Assembly: GCA_001179505.1 (NCBI GenBank)
Contig: CDMY01000295.1
Span: forward strand, 62,001-126,000
From: Vitrella brassicaformis CCMP3155
Taxonomy: Eukaryota > Protista > Chromerida
Reading direction: 5' to 3'
Length of the DNA: 64,000 nucleotides
The notes below the pieces were generated by a model. The model was given only the letters and a program-made list of their open reading frames with translations, made no database searches and had not been told where the DNA came from. Position 1 is the stretch's first letter. The number at the start of each line of letters is the position of its first letter. The position numbers were made by a program, and so were the translations under genes. Below, one piece after another: positions 12,061 through 24,522 of this stretch.

Positions 12061-13168
12061 CTGCGCAGCAATGGACTCAGTGAATGCGATGGACCTGCAC
12101 ACAGCACACGACAACAGAAAAACCTGCATGCACATGCACACGTGCAACAGACGTGTACCTGTGGCGGGGAAATGCGGTCCATGGCGACGTGCCGCACCAC
12201 CGCCTGTGACTGCAGCTGCAGGAAGGGCCTGACGAGCGAGATAACATGAATCGATCATATACACAGTCTCTGTGTGCCTGCTGCTGACTCTCCCACCTGC
12301 TCGTCGACGCCGCCAGGGGTCCCTTGACCCAAACCTTGACCCACCACCCTGGCGGCAAAGATGACACAGCCCTGATGGTTGCAGTGTATCTATTGGCATA
12401 TATGCCTACCCTTCCGGCGGCAAAGATGGCGTGGACAAGGGCATCTGCAGTGGTCGACCTGCACATTACACACAGCAGAGAGACGAATGCGGAAACCCAC
12501 CCGCCATTCACCCAGCCCATGGTGTACCAGGGGCATGTGAAGGCGGTCCGGGAGGGAAGAAGGAAGGGCGTTTTGCTGCAGGTGGGTATCCGGGTGGCCA
12601 AGACGAAGAAACGGGGGGTGGCGCAAAGGGATTTGTGGGGCTGCATGGGCCTGCGGCCGCCGCACCGCCACTGCTGCTGTGTGGACCGGGCAGCCTCTGC
12701 AGCAATGGATCCGCTGCATGCGATGGACCTGCACACAACACACGACAACAGACAAACATGGATGCACGTGCAGCGGACATGTACCTGTGGCGCTGATCCC
12801 ACAAAGGAGCCGGCCAATGATGCCAGATGCAAGACAACGCACCTGCGAGAGGCAGACAGAGATACACATCAAGCACACGTCTGACACACTTACGGCATTG
12901 CTCTGTGACGCATCGGCGCACAGGGCATCCAGCCAGTATTTCAGCCGCACAGCCTCCTGATTGCCACACACCACACACACTCGCCCCCTGCCTCTGTGTG
13001 CGTGTGGCTGTGTCACCTGTTGGGTAAGAAGGGCTGCACTAAGCGCCTGCAGGTACTCAAGCGTCTCAAGCGTCTGCAGGATGGACACACCTAAGCTATA
13101 AAAGCAGGAGAGGTGTTGGCAAATCATAATACGTGTGGTGGATGCACCGTTGCCAACATAGCGGCTCC

Positions 13169-13812
13169 AGGCACAGTGTTGATCTCTTCCTGGGCGGGCG
13201 GCTGGCCCATCAACTGCACCAAACAGCATACCAAGCCCACGCTCATGTCACTCGGTGAGCGTCCGATGCACAGGCACTTTCCCTTCCCTACCGCCATTCC
13301 AGTGGAGTCGCCAGTGGCTGCTGCGGGAGCAGCAACACGTGACTCAGAAGCCGGGAGACGACTCTGATAGGCACGCACGAATCGATGAATAGCGAGTGCC
13401 TCACCGACTCAAACCGACTGTGTTCTCTCGATTCACCGTGTGGTTGTCTGAGGAGAGCTCTGCAGCGGCACCGCCGACTGCTGAAGATGCGCACCCTTGC
13501 TCTAATGCAGCATATGGCACGCGACCCGGTCCGACAGCAGACATCTGTGGCGGTTGGCCTACACACCAGGCAGCAGCAGAAACACAGACACACGTGCTTG
13601 CGCACATCATGTTGGTACCCAAGCGGACTGGTTGAGTGGCTGCGGGTCGCCGTGCACAGTACACAGCAGCAGAGAGATGAATGCATGAAACCCGCCCAGC
13701 CACCCACCTACCCCATGGTGTACCAGGGGCATTTGGAGGCCTTCCAGGAGGAAAAAAGGGAGGGGGGTGTGCGGGCGGGAACAAGGGAGGGAAGCTGAGG
13801 GCCGCCGCACCG
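13169..13812. repeat. Direct repeat unit 2 of 11424-12060
   Basis: The same exon/intron block is repeated, and the paired ORFs 11310-11633 and 13124-13378 are nearly identical. Confidence 0.9.
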
Positions 13813-14500
13813 CCACTGCCCATCCGACGGGAACCCTGACTTGTCGGTTGGCTGGCCTGTCGCTTCGCTTTGCATTTCGTATTGTGCTTCTGATTGTATG
13901 CGACCCACTCGCCGCAATCGTCACAGCGATAGACCTTCCTCAGATGATCGTCGAACTGGGAATCGGCCAAGTGCTCCTTGTTGAAGGCGTACAGGAATTT
14001 GAACTCTTCCTCCTTGTCCTCCTTCCCGTCCTCCTTCACTGTGACGATCAGGGTCACTCCTGGCTCTACACCGAGGTCTGCTACTTGCTGAAGCTGCAAG
14101 CTGGCGTTGGCGTTGGGCCGAACAGTGGCAAATGTAGTGGCTGAAGCGGAGAAAAGACACATAATCAAGGGATGACTCTTCGGCCTTCATTCGCTGCGAT
14201 TCTCACTCGATGCCTTTTTCCCCTCGCGCCTAGTCGGAACGTATCGGAGCCACGCCTCCTCGACCTTGACGGTGCGCCCGTCACTGGTCCGCTCATCCGG
14301 CAGCTGCCATAACACTGCTCCAGGAGCTGATGAAAGAGGGACGTCGATGGCCTTCGTGATGCCATTGTCCATCACTTCCTTGATGCCTGCCGGGGCATAG
14401 GTTTCCGTGAACTTCACGATCGCCATCTTCTTCTTCTTCTCCTCCTCCTTCTCCTTCTCCTTCTCCTCCTCCTCCATCCTGGGCCAATGTCTGTGCAGAC
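13700..14500 (-). CDS. Hypothetical protein exons with acidic/basic run, C-x2-C...H-x3-C motif and Pro-rich exon
   Basis: MAIVKFTETY...RREGKKAS|TTTFATVRPN...YRCDDCGEWVAYNQKHNTKCKAK. A GTGAG...TTCAG intron near 14140-14205 removes the stop and restores the frame. Confidence 0.55.
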
Positions 14501-14531
14501 GCTCCACCAGGAGCTGTGCTGCAGCAGCGGC

Positions 14532-15162
14532 GGCCTGCAGCACGGGGACACGCAAACAGATGCTCGGTTCGTGTGTGGTGTTTCTGTGTGTGGGGCGGGT
14601 GGGTACCTGTGTGTGCGTGTGTGGTTGAGGTCCAGCCGAATGAGCCATCGCACCCGACTCCTAAAACCACACACAAACCACCTAAAGGCACACAGACGTG
14701 ACAGACTCTTCCTGCTGACTTGCCTGAGGATGGTCAGGCTGCGATTGCCGCGAGGAGGTGTGTGAGGTGGCCATCGCACTGCGGCGAGGACAGACATGAC
14801 GCAGCCATTTAGTGCTGTTTGTGATTTGTGTTGTCTTTTCTGCTGGCTTACGTGAGCGGGCCGTGCACGGTCTCTGGTCGGTGCAGATCTGCCGACCGGC
14901 CTCCTCAGCGCACAAGAGATCTCAGGGCGATGGATGACAATCCACCTTCGAAGCGCACAGAAAACGACGCCAGCGGCCAAGGCAGCTCATTCTTACTGAC
15001 GATGAATGGCTCATTGCCCGGGGATGGCTCATTTTCGCGCGAGCTTGTTCACTCTGGCAGCGGTTTCACGGAGCACCCTACCTGCGAGCTTTTCTCGGAA
15101 ATCGTGGATCCCGAGAAACACTTGTGAGTGGACCCGCTTTAGAGCACCATGAAGGGCTCAGC
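14532..15162. repeat. Inner inverted repeat, right arm
   Basis: Reverse complement of 8388-9032. Confidence 0.92.
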
Positions 15163-15273
15163 GCCGAGCCAGAAAGAACGGCTTCTTCGGCGAAAGCTTG
15201 TCGAGCAGCCTCGCGTTTGTTCCTCTCTTTGTTTTCACTTCGTTCCTCCATTTCCGTCCGAGCCTCATCCACC

Positions 15274-15872
15274 ATGGCCTCCTTCAAGCCCAACCTCTCC
15301 CCCCTCAAGCCCTCTTTCGACGCCGGCGGCAACAGCAAAGGAGGCCATCACTTTGACCTGTCGGTCCCCACTCATGACGGGCCGACTGTCGGAGTGGGCG
15401 TGGCCACCAAACCCACGCAGTTCAACGCCTCCGTGGCTGGCAACATCGCCCCCAATGGTACGCACGGGGATAGAAAAGGCGCCACGCACTGCCTCGCACG
15501 TTGACGCGCATCAATATATCTGTGTGCGTGTGTCTCAGTGACCGGCAGCGCAGCACTCTCCACGAACCGTCACCTCCACCCCACCGGCGCGGAGTTCAGC
15601 ATCGCTGCCAACAACAACAACCATGGAGGTACGCACACGGGACAGTGAAGAGGGAATACAGACATCTTTGTGCGGGGCGTGTATGTCTGTGTGTGGGATG
15701 CGTCTCAGTGACCGGCAGTGCCGGCGTCCTCACCAACGGCCACTTCAAGCCTACCGGCGCCCAGTTCAGCGTCGGCAAGACCATCGGCGACGCGACTGTG
15801 TCCCTGACCACGACCACCAACCGCCACTTCAAGCCCAATAGCGTGGGCCTCCGCGGCGAGCTGCGCTTCTAG
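15274..15872 (+). CDS. Small (145 aa) Gly/Thr-rich beta-strand-repeat protein ending in Phe; 3 exons
   Basis: ACCATGG start. Exons 15274-15457, 15539-15628 and 15709-15872, with phase-1 GT-AG introns, give one open frame: MASFKPNLSP...NVTGSAALSTNRHLHPTGAEFSIA...GVTGSAGVLTNGHFKPTGAQFSVG...TNRHFKPNSVGLRGELRF*. Confidence 0.8.
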
Positions 15873-16159
15873 GAAGGTACATGCACACCACAACGCGTCA
15901 CACGAATGTTCGTTGAACCTCTGCACAATGCCTTTGTCTCTCTCTCTCTCTCTCTCCCCCCCTCTCTCTCTCTCTCTCTGTGGGTGTGTGTGTGTCTCTG
16001 TGTGTCTCCGTGTGGCTGTCTGTGTGTGTGTAGTGCAGGTTGAGTGTCTGTCTGCGTCGACTAACCAGACCACGAGGCGAGACAAGAAGGCACCCCACTT
16101 CACACGACACCGCACCACACCACAGCCCACCACACCGCAGGGAGGCGGCAATGACGGCT

Positions 16160-17348
16160 GTCTTTTTGTCTCATTTCTAGCAGCTGTGGGCAGTCAGGGC
16201 AGCTGATGCATGTGTAAATCGTGTGCCTTGTGGATGGATGGATGAATGGTTGATTGATGTGCATGTCTGACTGGCTGGCTGTCTGTCTGACTGACTGTCT
16301 GACTGACTGACTGGCCGGCTGGCTGGCTGTCTGTCTGACTGACTGTCTGACTGACTGACTGGCCGGCTGGCTGGCTGGCTGTCTGTCTGACTGACTGTCT
16401 GACTGACTGGCCGGCTGGCTGGCTGGCTGGCTGGCTGGCTGGGGGAGGGGATCTCCTGTGCGGCCGAGAGGCTGACAAGAGCCGACGGACCCGCACTCTC
16501 TTTTTGTAGTGATCCCTTTCTCTCTGACGCAGTCTGTTGGCCGTGTGCGTGTTGACTCTGGGCCACCTTGGTGGCTGGGTGGGTGGCTGGGTGAGTGTTT
16601 GTGCTCTGTGTGTGGATCGTGAGACTTTGTTTGTCTGGCAGTCGGGTGGGGCGGGATGACTCCATGTGTGTGTGTGTGCGCGTCGCTAGCCGATGCCTTC
16701 GTGGATGGATTGCCTGTGAGAGAGCCACACAGCCAGAGAGGGACGGGGGGGTGGGCGAATGGGAGAGTGTTTCAAGGGTCACGGGCGCATGGATTGCGTG
16801 TCGACTGACTGACGGAGTGAGTTCGGTGCCTGTCTGCCTGTCTTTTTGTCTGTCTGTCTGTCTACCCGGCTGCAACGCAGTGTCGGTGTAGGCCGGGGTG
16901 AGGGCATAGCAGTGGGCTGGGGGTCTCTTTTCACACACACAGACACACACACACACGTCAGCACTGAGTGGGTGACATGGAGAGATCAGCAGCACCGAGT
17001 GGGGTGGGGTGGGTTGGGCGAGGGGTGAGAAACAGCTTGTTGTGTGTTTCATTCTAAGTCTTTTTGCTGCCCAACGTGTCTTGGTGGGCGGGTGAGAGGT
17101 CGAGTGGTCGTGCGGGTGTGGGCTGAGGCAGTGGGGGGCATGGTGTGTTTCGTACACACACACGATCGAGGCGAACAGAGAGTTACAGAGACAGAGAGCG
17201 ACAGGCAGGTTGAGAGAGAGAAAGGGGGGGGGAGCGGGGAGAGTCTTTTTGTCTGGCTGCCTGTCTTTTTGTCTGTCTGTGTGTCTGCCCGGCTGCAACG
17301 CAGTGTCGGTGCAGGGGAGAGTGAGGGCATAGCAGTGGGCTGGGATCT

Positions 17349-17384
<36 letters not shown>

Positions 17385-17630
17385 GCACTGAGTGGGTGGG
17401 TGACACGGGGAGATCAGCAGCACCGAGTGGCTGGGGCGGGGCGGGGCGGTGGGCTCACACAGGTTGTTTGATCAATGGATTGTTTTGTTTGCACATGGTC
17501 TTGTGTTGGCCACCTGTTTTCGGCTTGTCATGCCACAAAGACACACACAGACAGTCCACCGATGAGTGAAAGCGCACAGTCATGACAGCCACGGCATGGC
17601 ATCAACCGTCCACCAAATCTGCAATGCACA
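16160..17630. repeat. Outer inverted repeat, right arm, with an extra internal duplication and a compound (CTGA/CTGG/CTGT) microsatellite at 16268-16440
   Basis: Reverse complement of 6002-6939. The core ggctgcaacgcagtgtcggtg...gagggcatagcagtggg occurs twice here (about 16868 and 17290). Confidence 0.85.
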
Positions 17631-18283
17631 AAGCCGAACGCACTCCCACGGCAGACACTCTGGCTGGCCTGCCATGCCTCTGTGGCACATCTCAAAGCAA
17701 GTCTCAGGGGCTTCTGCAAACAACCCATCAAGGGGCTTCTTTGACACAGACAAGAGCGTGTGCAAAGCTCCTTTGTGCACGTCTCCGCCCCAACCCGAGT
17801 TCATGCACAAAGGAGCAAGCACACGGCACAAAGGAGATCGGCCACAAACATACCAAAGGACGTACCTCACAATATAAAATGTAAGCAGCGTTGGATGGCC
17901 TGCGGATGCAAACATATGAGAGATGGTCACTGTCTGTGTCAAAGATATGTATCCATACTTACCCATCTTATCAGGCGCTGGCCGCCTCTTTGTTTCTTTG
18001 CCTATAGCTGCCCCACTCTACTGGCTGTCTGCAGATGGAGGACAGGCATCTCACACAGAGACACGCATGGCATGGCATCAAGTGTCCACCAAACTTCCAA
18101 TGCACAAAGCCGAACGCAGAGTCCAATCACTCTTAGCGCGCAAGGCCGAAACGGGGGAGAGCGGCCCCAAACCGAGTTCAAGAAGCCCTTCAGCCCCTTT
18201 TTGCTGCCCACCAAGACAACTACGCCCTACCACTCCTCCCCCCCACCACTCTCCCCCTTCTCGTTCCCCCCACCCCCTCCCCA

Positions 18284-21200
18284 ATGTCCGCACCCCCACA
18301 GGTGGCATTCAGCGGAATTGAGTCTACCTGCCGTTGCATTATGCGTTCGTGTTTCTCTATCAGGTGCCCGTCCTCAAGCTGACGGGAGGAGATTCGGCCG
18401 GCTCACTCAACGCCTCGCGCACCAGCAGCCATACCCCCGCCGATGACACCACTCGTCACGAACGACGCGAACGCGTCGAGGTAGGTGACCTGGGAGCGAT
18501 TCAGACAGGCCCCACGACACATTATCGCCTGTTACCGTTGTCACGCAGAAACTCAGACGAGAGCGGACACAGAGGCTTCGGGAGCGGCAATCTCGCGTGG
18601 GGCAGCTCACAGTGCCTCAGAACGAGCCCGGAGTCCAGCGTCCGATCACGCCCCGAGAGAAGCTGCAGCAGTCCGTGCGGGGCATCACGTCGGCCAGCTA
18701 CCTGAATTCACTGCTTCGGGGTAAGGGACGGGTGAAGAAGGCCACGGGATCGGCCACCGGGGCGGTGATGCCACCGCACCTGACGGAAGAAGAGGCATCC
18801 CCTTCAAGCAGAGTAAGTCAGCTCCACGCAGCGGTCCCAGAGAAGTCTCATGTCTCGTGTGTTTATCGACAGCCACCGAAGGCTCCTGGGCCGCTGAGAT
18901 CGGCTTCCCGTCGCGTCTCTCAGTCGCCCAACATTGGGGCACTAGGTGTCGGAACCATCCCAGAGCATGACGAAAGCAAAGTGGGCAAAGGGCACTTGCA
19001 TGTCGGGTGAACGGAAAGGCCGTGCTGTGCTGCTATCTCTTTGTTCAGTTCGGGACTGTACCGGCGAGTCTCTCTGGCGCTCGTTCTCGTCGCACATCTA
19101 GAATGACTCCATTGCCGCCGTTGCCATCCGTGACTCGTTGTATTCGTAACGGATACGGATGTGCATGCGATCGTGTGTGTGTGTCTGCATGTTGATCAGA
19201 CCAAGGAAGCTGTTCAGCAATCGATGCCAATGTCGTCCAAGGGCTCGTCTGTCATGCCCACCTCATCTGCAGACAAAGAAGCAGACACACCTTCATCAGC
19301 GGTGAGGCGAAGAGAGCATGTTGACATCTTGCCTTTCTTCCTCTCATCCCTATGCCATGCCTCTACCTATGCATCCTGCTTCTTAGACGCGCAAAGATGA
19401 GCAAGTACGTCCGCGTGCTCCGCCACTGCCCGTGCCTCCCAGGTATGTACCGCCTGAGCTCCGAGAGTGGGTGCCAGAAGCCCTCATACCCAAGCAAGTG
19501 CCCAAGCCTGCGGAAGAAGATGTGCGTCGCGGGTCGATTGCGTTTACGTCCGGGCCCGGTGAGGGTCAGAAGGCGCGAGGGACGAAGGGTTTCGAGGAGT
19601 TCAGACAGCAACAAGTGGAGGGCGAGTCGTCAAGGAGACATAGCGGTCAGGGCCGACAGAGAAACACCATGGAAGACCTCAGACGTCAGGTAGCCCTTCT
19701 TCAACTCATGTCCATCTGTCATCCAACCAGTGTCTGCTTTAGGTGTCTTACCTCGAGCATTGTGTTGAGGATCTCGAAGGAGAGTTGCAAGCCAAGGACG
19801 ACGAAATCGACATGCTCAACCGAAGGGGTGCTGGCGAGATTCTCAAGAAACGACAGGTGCACCGCGACAGACCGGAAAACATCCATTCTCCCGTTGTCAC
19901 GTGTGTGTGTGTGTGTGTGTGTCTCACAGGACCTGGATGAAGACATAGCTGCTGAATGGGACGAGATGGTTGAGGAGATCACAGTGTTGCGGAAGCAGCT
20001 GGAGCTGCACCGCACTGCACAGGAGGCACACCAGGCCGAAAGCGAAAAGAACCTGACTCTCCTCGAAGAAGCACAAAAGGTGACCGACAGTGACCGATTG
20101 ACACTTTCGTCTTATCCCTCAATGATTCGCTGCTGGCGTGCCAACGGCTGGCATCAGGAGCTGGAGATTGTGAGAGAGGAGAAGGCGGCACTCAAGCGGA
20201 GTCTGCAGGAGGTAAAGCAGGAGGTCAAGACCAAGGAGAAGGAGGAAAAGAAGGCTGCCAAGGAGGAGCAGCAACAGCAGGAGCAGCAGCAGGCCGCAGC
20301 TGGACGTATACAGACCCCCAGAACGGCCAGAGGACCCGACACGCAAGTCCTGTAAGGAGAACACATATAGAGACACACGGCAAGCCAAGAGCACAGTGAC
20401 ATCGTGAAGTGAGTGTTTGTTGTCAGGGAGTTGAAGATGAAGGCGCTGAACTCAACCGTGCTGGCCCTTGAGAAGAAGTGCGAGGCCCTCGAGACACAAG
20501 TCACCTATCTGACGGAGGAGAAGGAGGAGCTTCAGAGCCTCCTGGAGGCCTCACGCAGGGATCGATTCAACCAGCAGTCCACACACCAGCTGCAACTCGT
20601 CTCCAAGAAATCCGACGTACATGAGGATACAAAACCATGCAGAAAAGAATGAAACAAAGGACAGCATCTCAAATTGTGCTCCGTCGTTTTGTGTTCGTGT
20701 GTCAGGTGAAGGAGGCCGACATAAATTTTGCCAAGGAGCTCAAGTTCCGTTCCAAATGGGATGATGCGTCGCCGCAGTCGAGATTGGGCAGCCGAAGCCA
20801 GGTGGCCATCGAAGACGAATGCGAGATACTCAGAGAAAACTGCAAAGTAAGCATGCACAGCACATACTCAAGGGGAGTGTGCATCACATCACGTGTCTTT
20901 CGGTTCGTTTATTCAGGACCTGGAAGAGGAAAATGACGAGCTGAAACAAGAGGTAGATGACCTGCTAGACGAGATTGAAGACCTCCGGGCACAGATCGAG
21001 CAGCAGAAGCAACAAGGTCAGTCACACTTGCCTTTATTGTACCTGAATGAATCTGAATATATATGTGTGTCTCCTGTATGAATGGTCAGACTCCGCTGCA
21101 TCGGCCCAGCCACCCCGTCCTCTGGTCCCACAACTGAAGCTCGGCGGCGTTGAAGAGAATGTGCGGGCCATGGTTCAGAAGCATGAGGATTTCATAGAGC

Positions 21201-23587
21201 GCGCCAGCCCCCCACCGTCGCCAACCAACACGAGCAAAGCCGCCAACAAGACCAGCTCGGCGTCATTGCGGTCAACTGCAGGACAAGGGGTGCTGGACGC
21301 TGCGGACACCCAGAAGACGATCAGTGGCCTGCCTCAGCAGGTTGAAGAAGGAAACAGGACCATCGAGGCTCTGAGAGCGAGAGAGGGAGAGCTTGAAAGG
21401 GAATTGCAGAAGACACAAGAGGAAAGACAGGTACGTAACCACAAAAAGCAAGACGTCAAGAGGACCAGTAGCGAGAGACACCATGCACCTCTACTGTCCT
21501 CCTTGGTCCTTTCAGGCTACTGAAGGGGCGGAAAAGTCTTCTGCAGCCAAGACAGCCGAGGCAAGATAGATACACAATGTGGTGTCTCACGCTGTATTCG
21601 TTCTCTGCTGTGGATTTGTCAGCTGCAGGAGAAGCTCCGTCTGCTGGAGGACAAGAATCAGTCTCTGGAGAGTGAAGCGGCCAGACTCTCTGGCCTTCAA
21701 GACACTCTCAAGAAGATGGAAGACGAGCTCATCACCAAGACGGAGGCCGCGCAGCAGCTGGCAAAGCAGCGCGACGAGCTGCAGCAACAGCTGGACCAGG
21801 GGGAGGGGGTGGCAGGCAAGCTCAGGGAGCAGCTGACAAGCAAGAGCGATGAGATCGAAAAGCTTACGACGACGATCTCGGTGGGATGACATGCTGCGCG
21901 CAAGGTTTTGACGCTGCAGCCGTCATGTGCTCTGTGTGCATATCTCCCTTTGCAGACAATCGAAGAAGACAAGAGGAAACTGCAGGAGTCGACAAGCAAA
22001 CTGCAGCTAGAGAACGAAGAGCTGACGGCGACGATCGCGTCTCTAAAGTCTTCATGCTCCGCGCTTGAATCACAGCTGTCGGCAGAAAAGCAAGTACGTA
22101 GGCTCTATCTGCAAATGTGTTCGCGTCTTATATGGCATGTCCTTTCTGTGGCTGCATCGGTTGATGTCAGGGAGCCCAGCAGGGAGTAGAGACGGCAGAA
22201 AAGCAGCTCTCCAAGCTGCGGGCCGACATGGACGAAGTCACGCTACAAAACAACGTAATACGCTCCTTGTCCCTTCACTCACATCTGTGCGCGCATAAAC
22301 GACCATTCTGGTTTCCAACAGGCGGCGACAGACGAGCTCAAGAGACTCCACGAGAGCCAGATAGAGCAGGACAAAGCCCAGCAGCAGCTTACGGCTGACC
22401 TCGCAGCCGCAAACTCTGCCAAGAGTCTCTTGGAGGCCGAACTATCCGCTGCGAAGGCAGCTGCCAGTGCCACTTCAGAGGAGCGCGCGAACGCAATGGC
22501 GGAAGTGGAGAGCGCACTGGCGAGTGCGCAGCAAGCCGTGGCTGAGAAGGAAAGGGAAATCGAGACACTAAAGACAGAAAGGAAGGTATTACCAATCACT
22601 AGTCCAGCGGCCAAGAGCCATTCGCCATCCCTCTGTCTGTCATTGCTGCTTGCAGACTGTGGACGACCAACTGGCGGCCGCCCTTTCGGCCAAGAAGGAT
22701 CTGGAGTTGGAAGTTTCGTCATTGAAGTCAGCTGCAGGACAAGGGGTGCTGGACGCTGCGGACTCCCAGAAGACGATCAGTGGCCGGACCAACCAGATCG
22801 AAGAAGGAAACAGGACCATCGAGGCGCTGAAAACGAGAGAGGGAGAGCTTCAACGGGAATTGCAGAAGACGCAAGAGGAAAGACAGGTACGTAGGCACAA
22901 AACGGCATGCGAGCGAAGCAAAGCGTGCATGGTTGTGGGTTGCCGATGATGTCTCTCCTTCAGGAGCTCCAAGCTCAGTTTGAAAAATCCCAGGAGGAGA
23001 GCGCCCACTACAAGGCTGCACACGATGAGACCGTGCAGAGGATTCACACACTGACCGGGGAGAAGCAGGTAAGCCTAACATCAATGGATGGATGAAAAGA
23101 GACACGATTGACGCTTGTGTGTATGTGTGTGAGTGTGCTCTAGGCGCTTGAGTCAGAGATTGGCCGCATTACAGCGGAGAAGGAGAATCTGCAGAGTCAA
23201 GTCACTGCCGCATCCGCCCACACAGCCCCTTCCACCGTAAGTAAAAAAACACGCTCCTCCATGCATTCATTTGTGTGGTAAGTGCTTGCCGGATGGATGT
23301 CTCTGTCTCTATTGCAGGCCACGCTGCGTCGACTCATGGCCGAGTCGGCGCCTGAGGGGATCGACGCGAGGGCGAGAGTCGCGGCTTTCAACTTGTACAA
23401 GACCGACCCATGGAGCCGCACCGACGAGAAGTTGAACTACTGGGAGGTGAGGTGCATTCATTAACATTCTTCACGGATTCATGTATGCCTGTATTTGTGT
23501 CCCATATTGTATCAGGGGAAGTCGAATGTTCTTGAACATTACCTGGGGGAAGTAGTTGTGGAAGTCCGACACATTTTTGCATTTTGA
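18284..23587 (+). CDS. Very long multi-exon coiled-coil protein (about 25 exons)
   Basis: MSAPPQ|VPVLKL... followed by many short GT-AG-flanked heptad-rich exons (e.g. DLEEENDELKQEVDDLLDEIEDLRAQIEQQ; LQEKLRLLEDKNQSLESEAARL). Terminal exons are ATLRRLMAESAPEG...TDEKLNYWE|GKSNVLEHYLGEVVVEVRHIFAF*. No catalytic domain was recognised. Confidence 0.75.
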
Positions 23588-24522
23588 CTTCTCCATACGC
23601 CTGCTGTCACTCTGTATTGTATGTGTGTGTGTGTGTGTGTGTACTTGCTCCTGAGAACGGACGGACCCCTTTTGTTGTTTCCTCTTGTCAAGCCTGGATG
23701 GGTGGGCGGATGGATGGATGGATGGTGTGTCTGTCTGGTTTGTTCTTTCTCTCTCTCTGGCTAGAGACTGCGTCGGCGGGAGCGGGGAAGGTGTCCGCCT
23801 GTCCGTCCGTCTGTCTGTCTGTCTGTGTTGGTTCTCTTGTACCATACACCATGTTAAGATGATTCACGCGCACCCACCCATCCACGCACAACACGCAACA
23901 CACGCAGGCAGACGTACAAACACACACACACACACACACACCTTCCAGCGTATGCGCAGACGTATTTTGTCCGCCTGTTTGGATAATTGGTCGATGTACA
24001 CGTGCCACCCCCGTGTATGCGTGTGTGTGTGTGCGTGAGAGAGAGAGAGAGAGAGAGAGTGTGTGTGTGTGTGTGTGTGTGGAGTGAGTGAGTGAGTGAG
24101 TGGACGAATGAAAACGCGCCAGCACTGCTGATGTTCCATAGTATTGCTGGCTGGCTCGCTACACGTGCCGAATAGACGGTCGCCGACGTATGTCTGTCTG
24201 CCTGTGTCTGCGCATGGCATCCGGTAGATAACGATGCGCACTCTCACTCCCTCGTGTATGGATCGATCCACCTGGCCGTGACTGATGGTGTCGTCGTTTT
24301 TTTCCCATGATGAGTGTAATGACGCACACACCACCACACCACCACACAGTCTGGCCGGCCACCCCCTCCCCCTCCTCGTGTCTGTCTGCCTGTCTCTCTG
24401 TTCATCTCTTCTAGCTAGTGCCTGCGCCCGTGCGTGTCGGCTGGCCGGTGGACGGACACGTACCTATCTACTCGGTTGGCAGAGAGACAGCAGAGGTCAG
24501 GACAACCCGGTTTGACTATCTT

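Noticed and set aside
8388-15162. Autonomous DNA transposon defined by the about 640-bp inverted repeats
   Set aside because: No transposase ORF and no target-site duplication are visible, and the repeats contain exon/intron structure. Kept only as an inverted duplication or cassette.
16268-16440. ORF with (SQPA/SQTV/SQTD)n repeats
   Set aside because: A compound tetranucleotide microsatellite in a duplicated non-coding arm.
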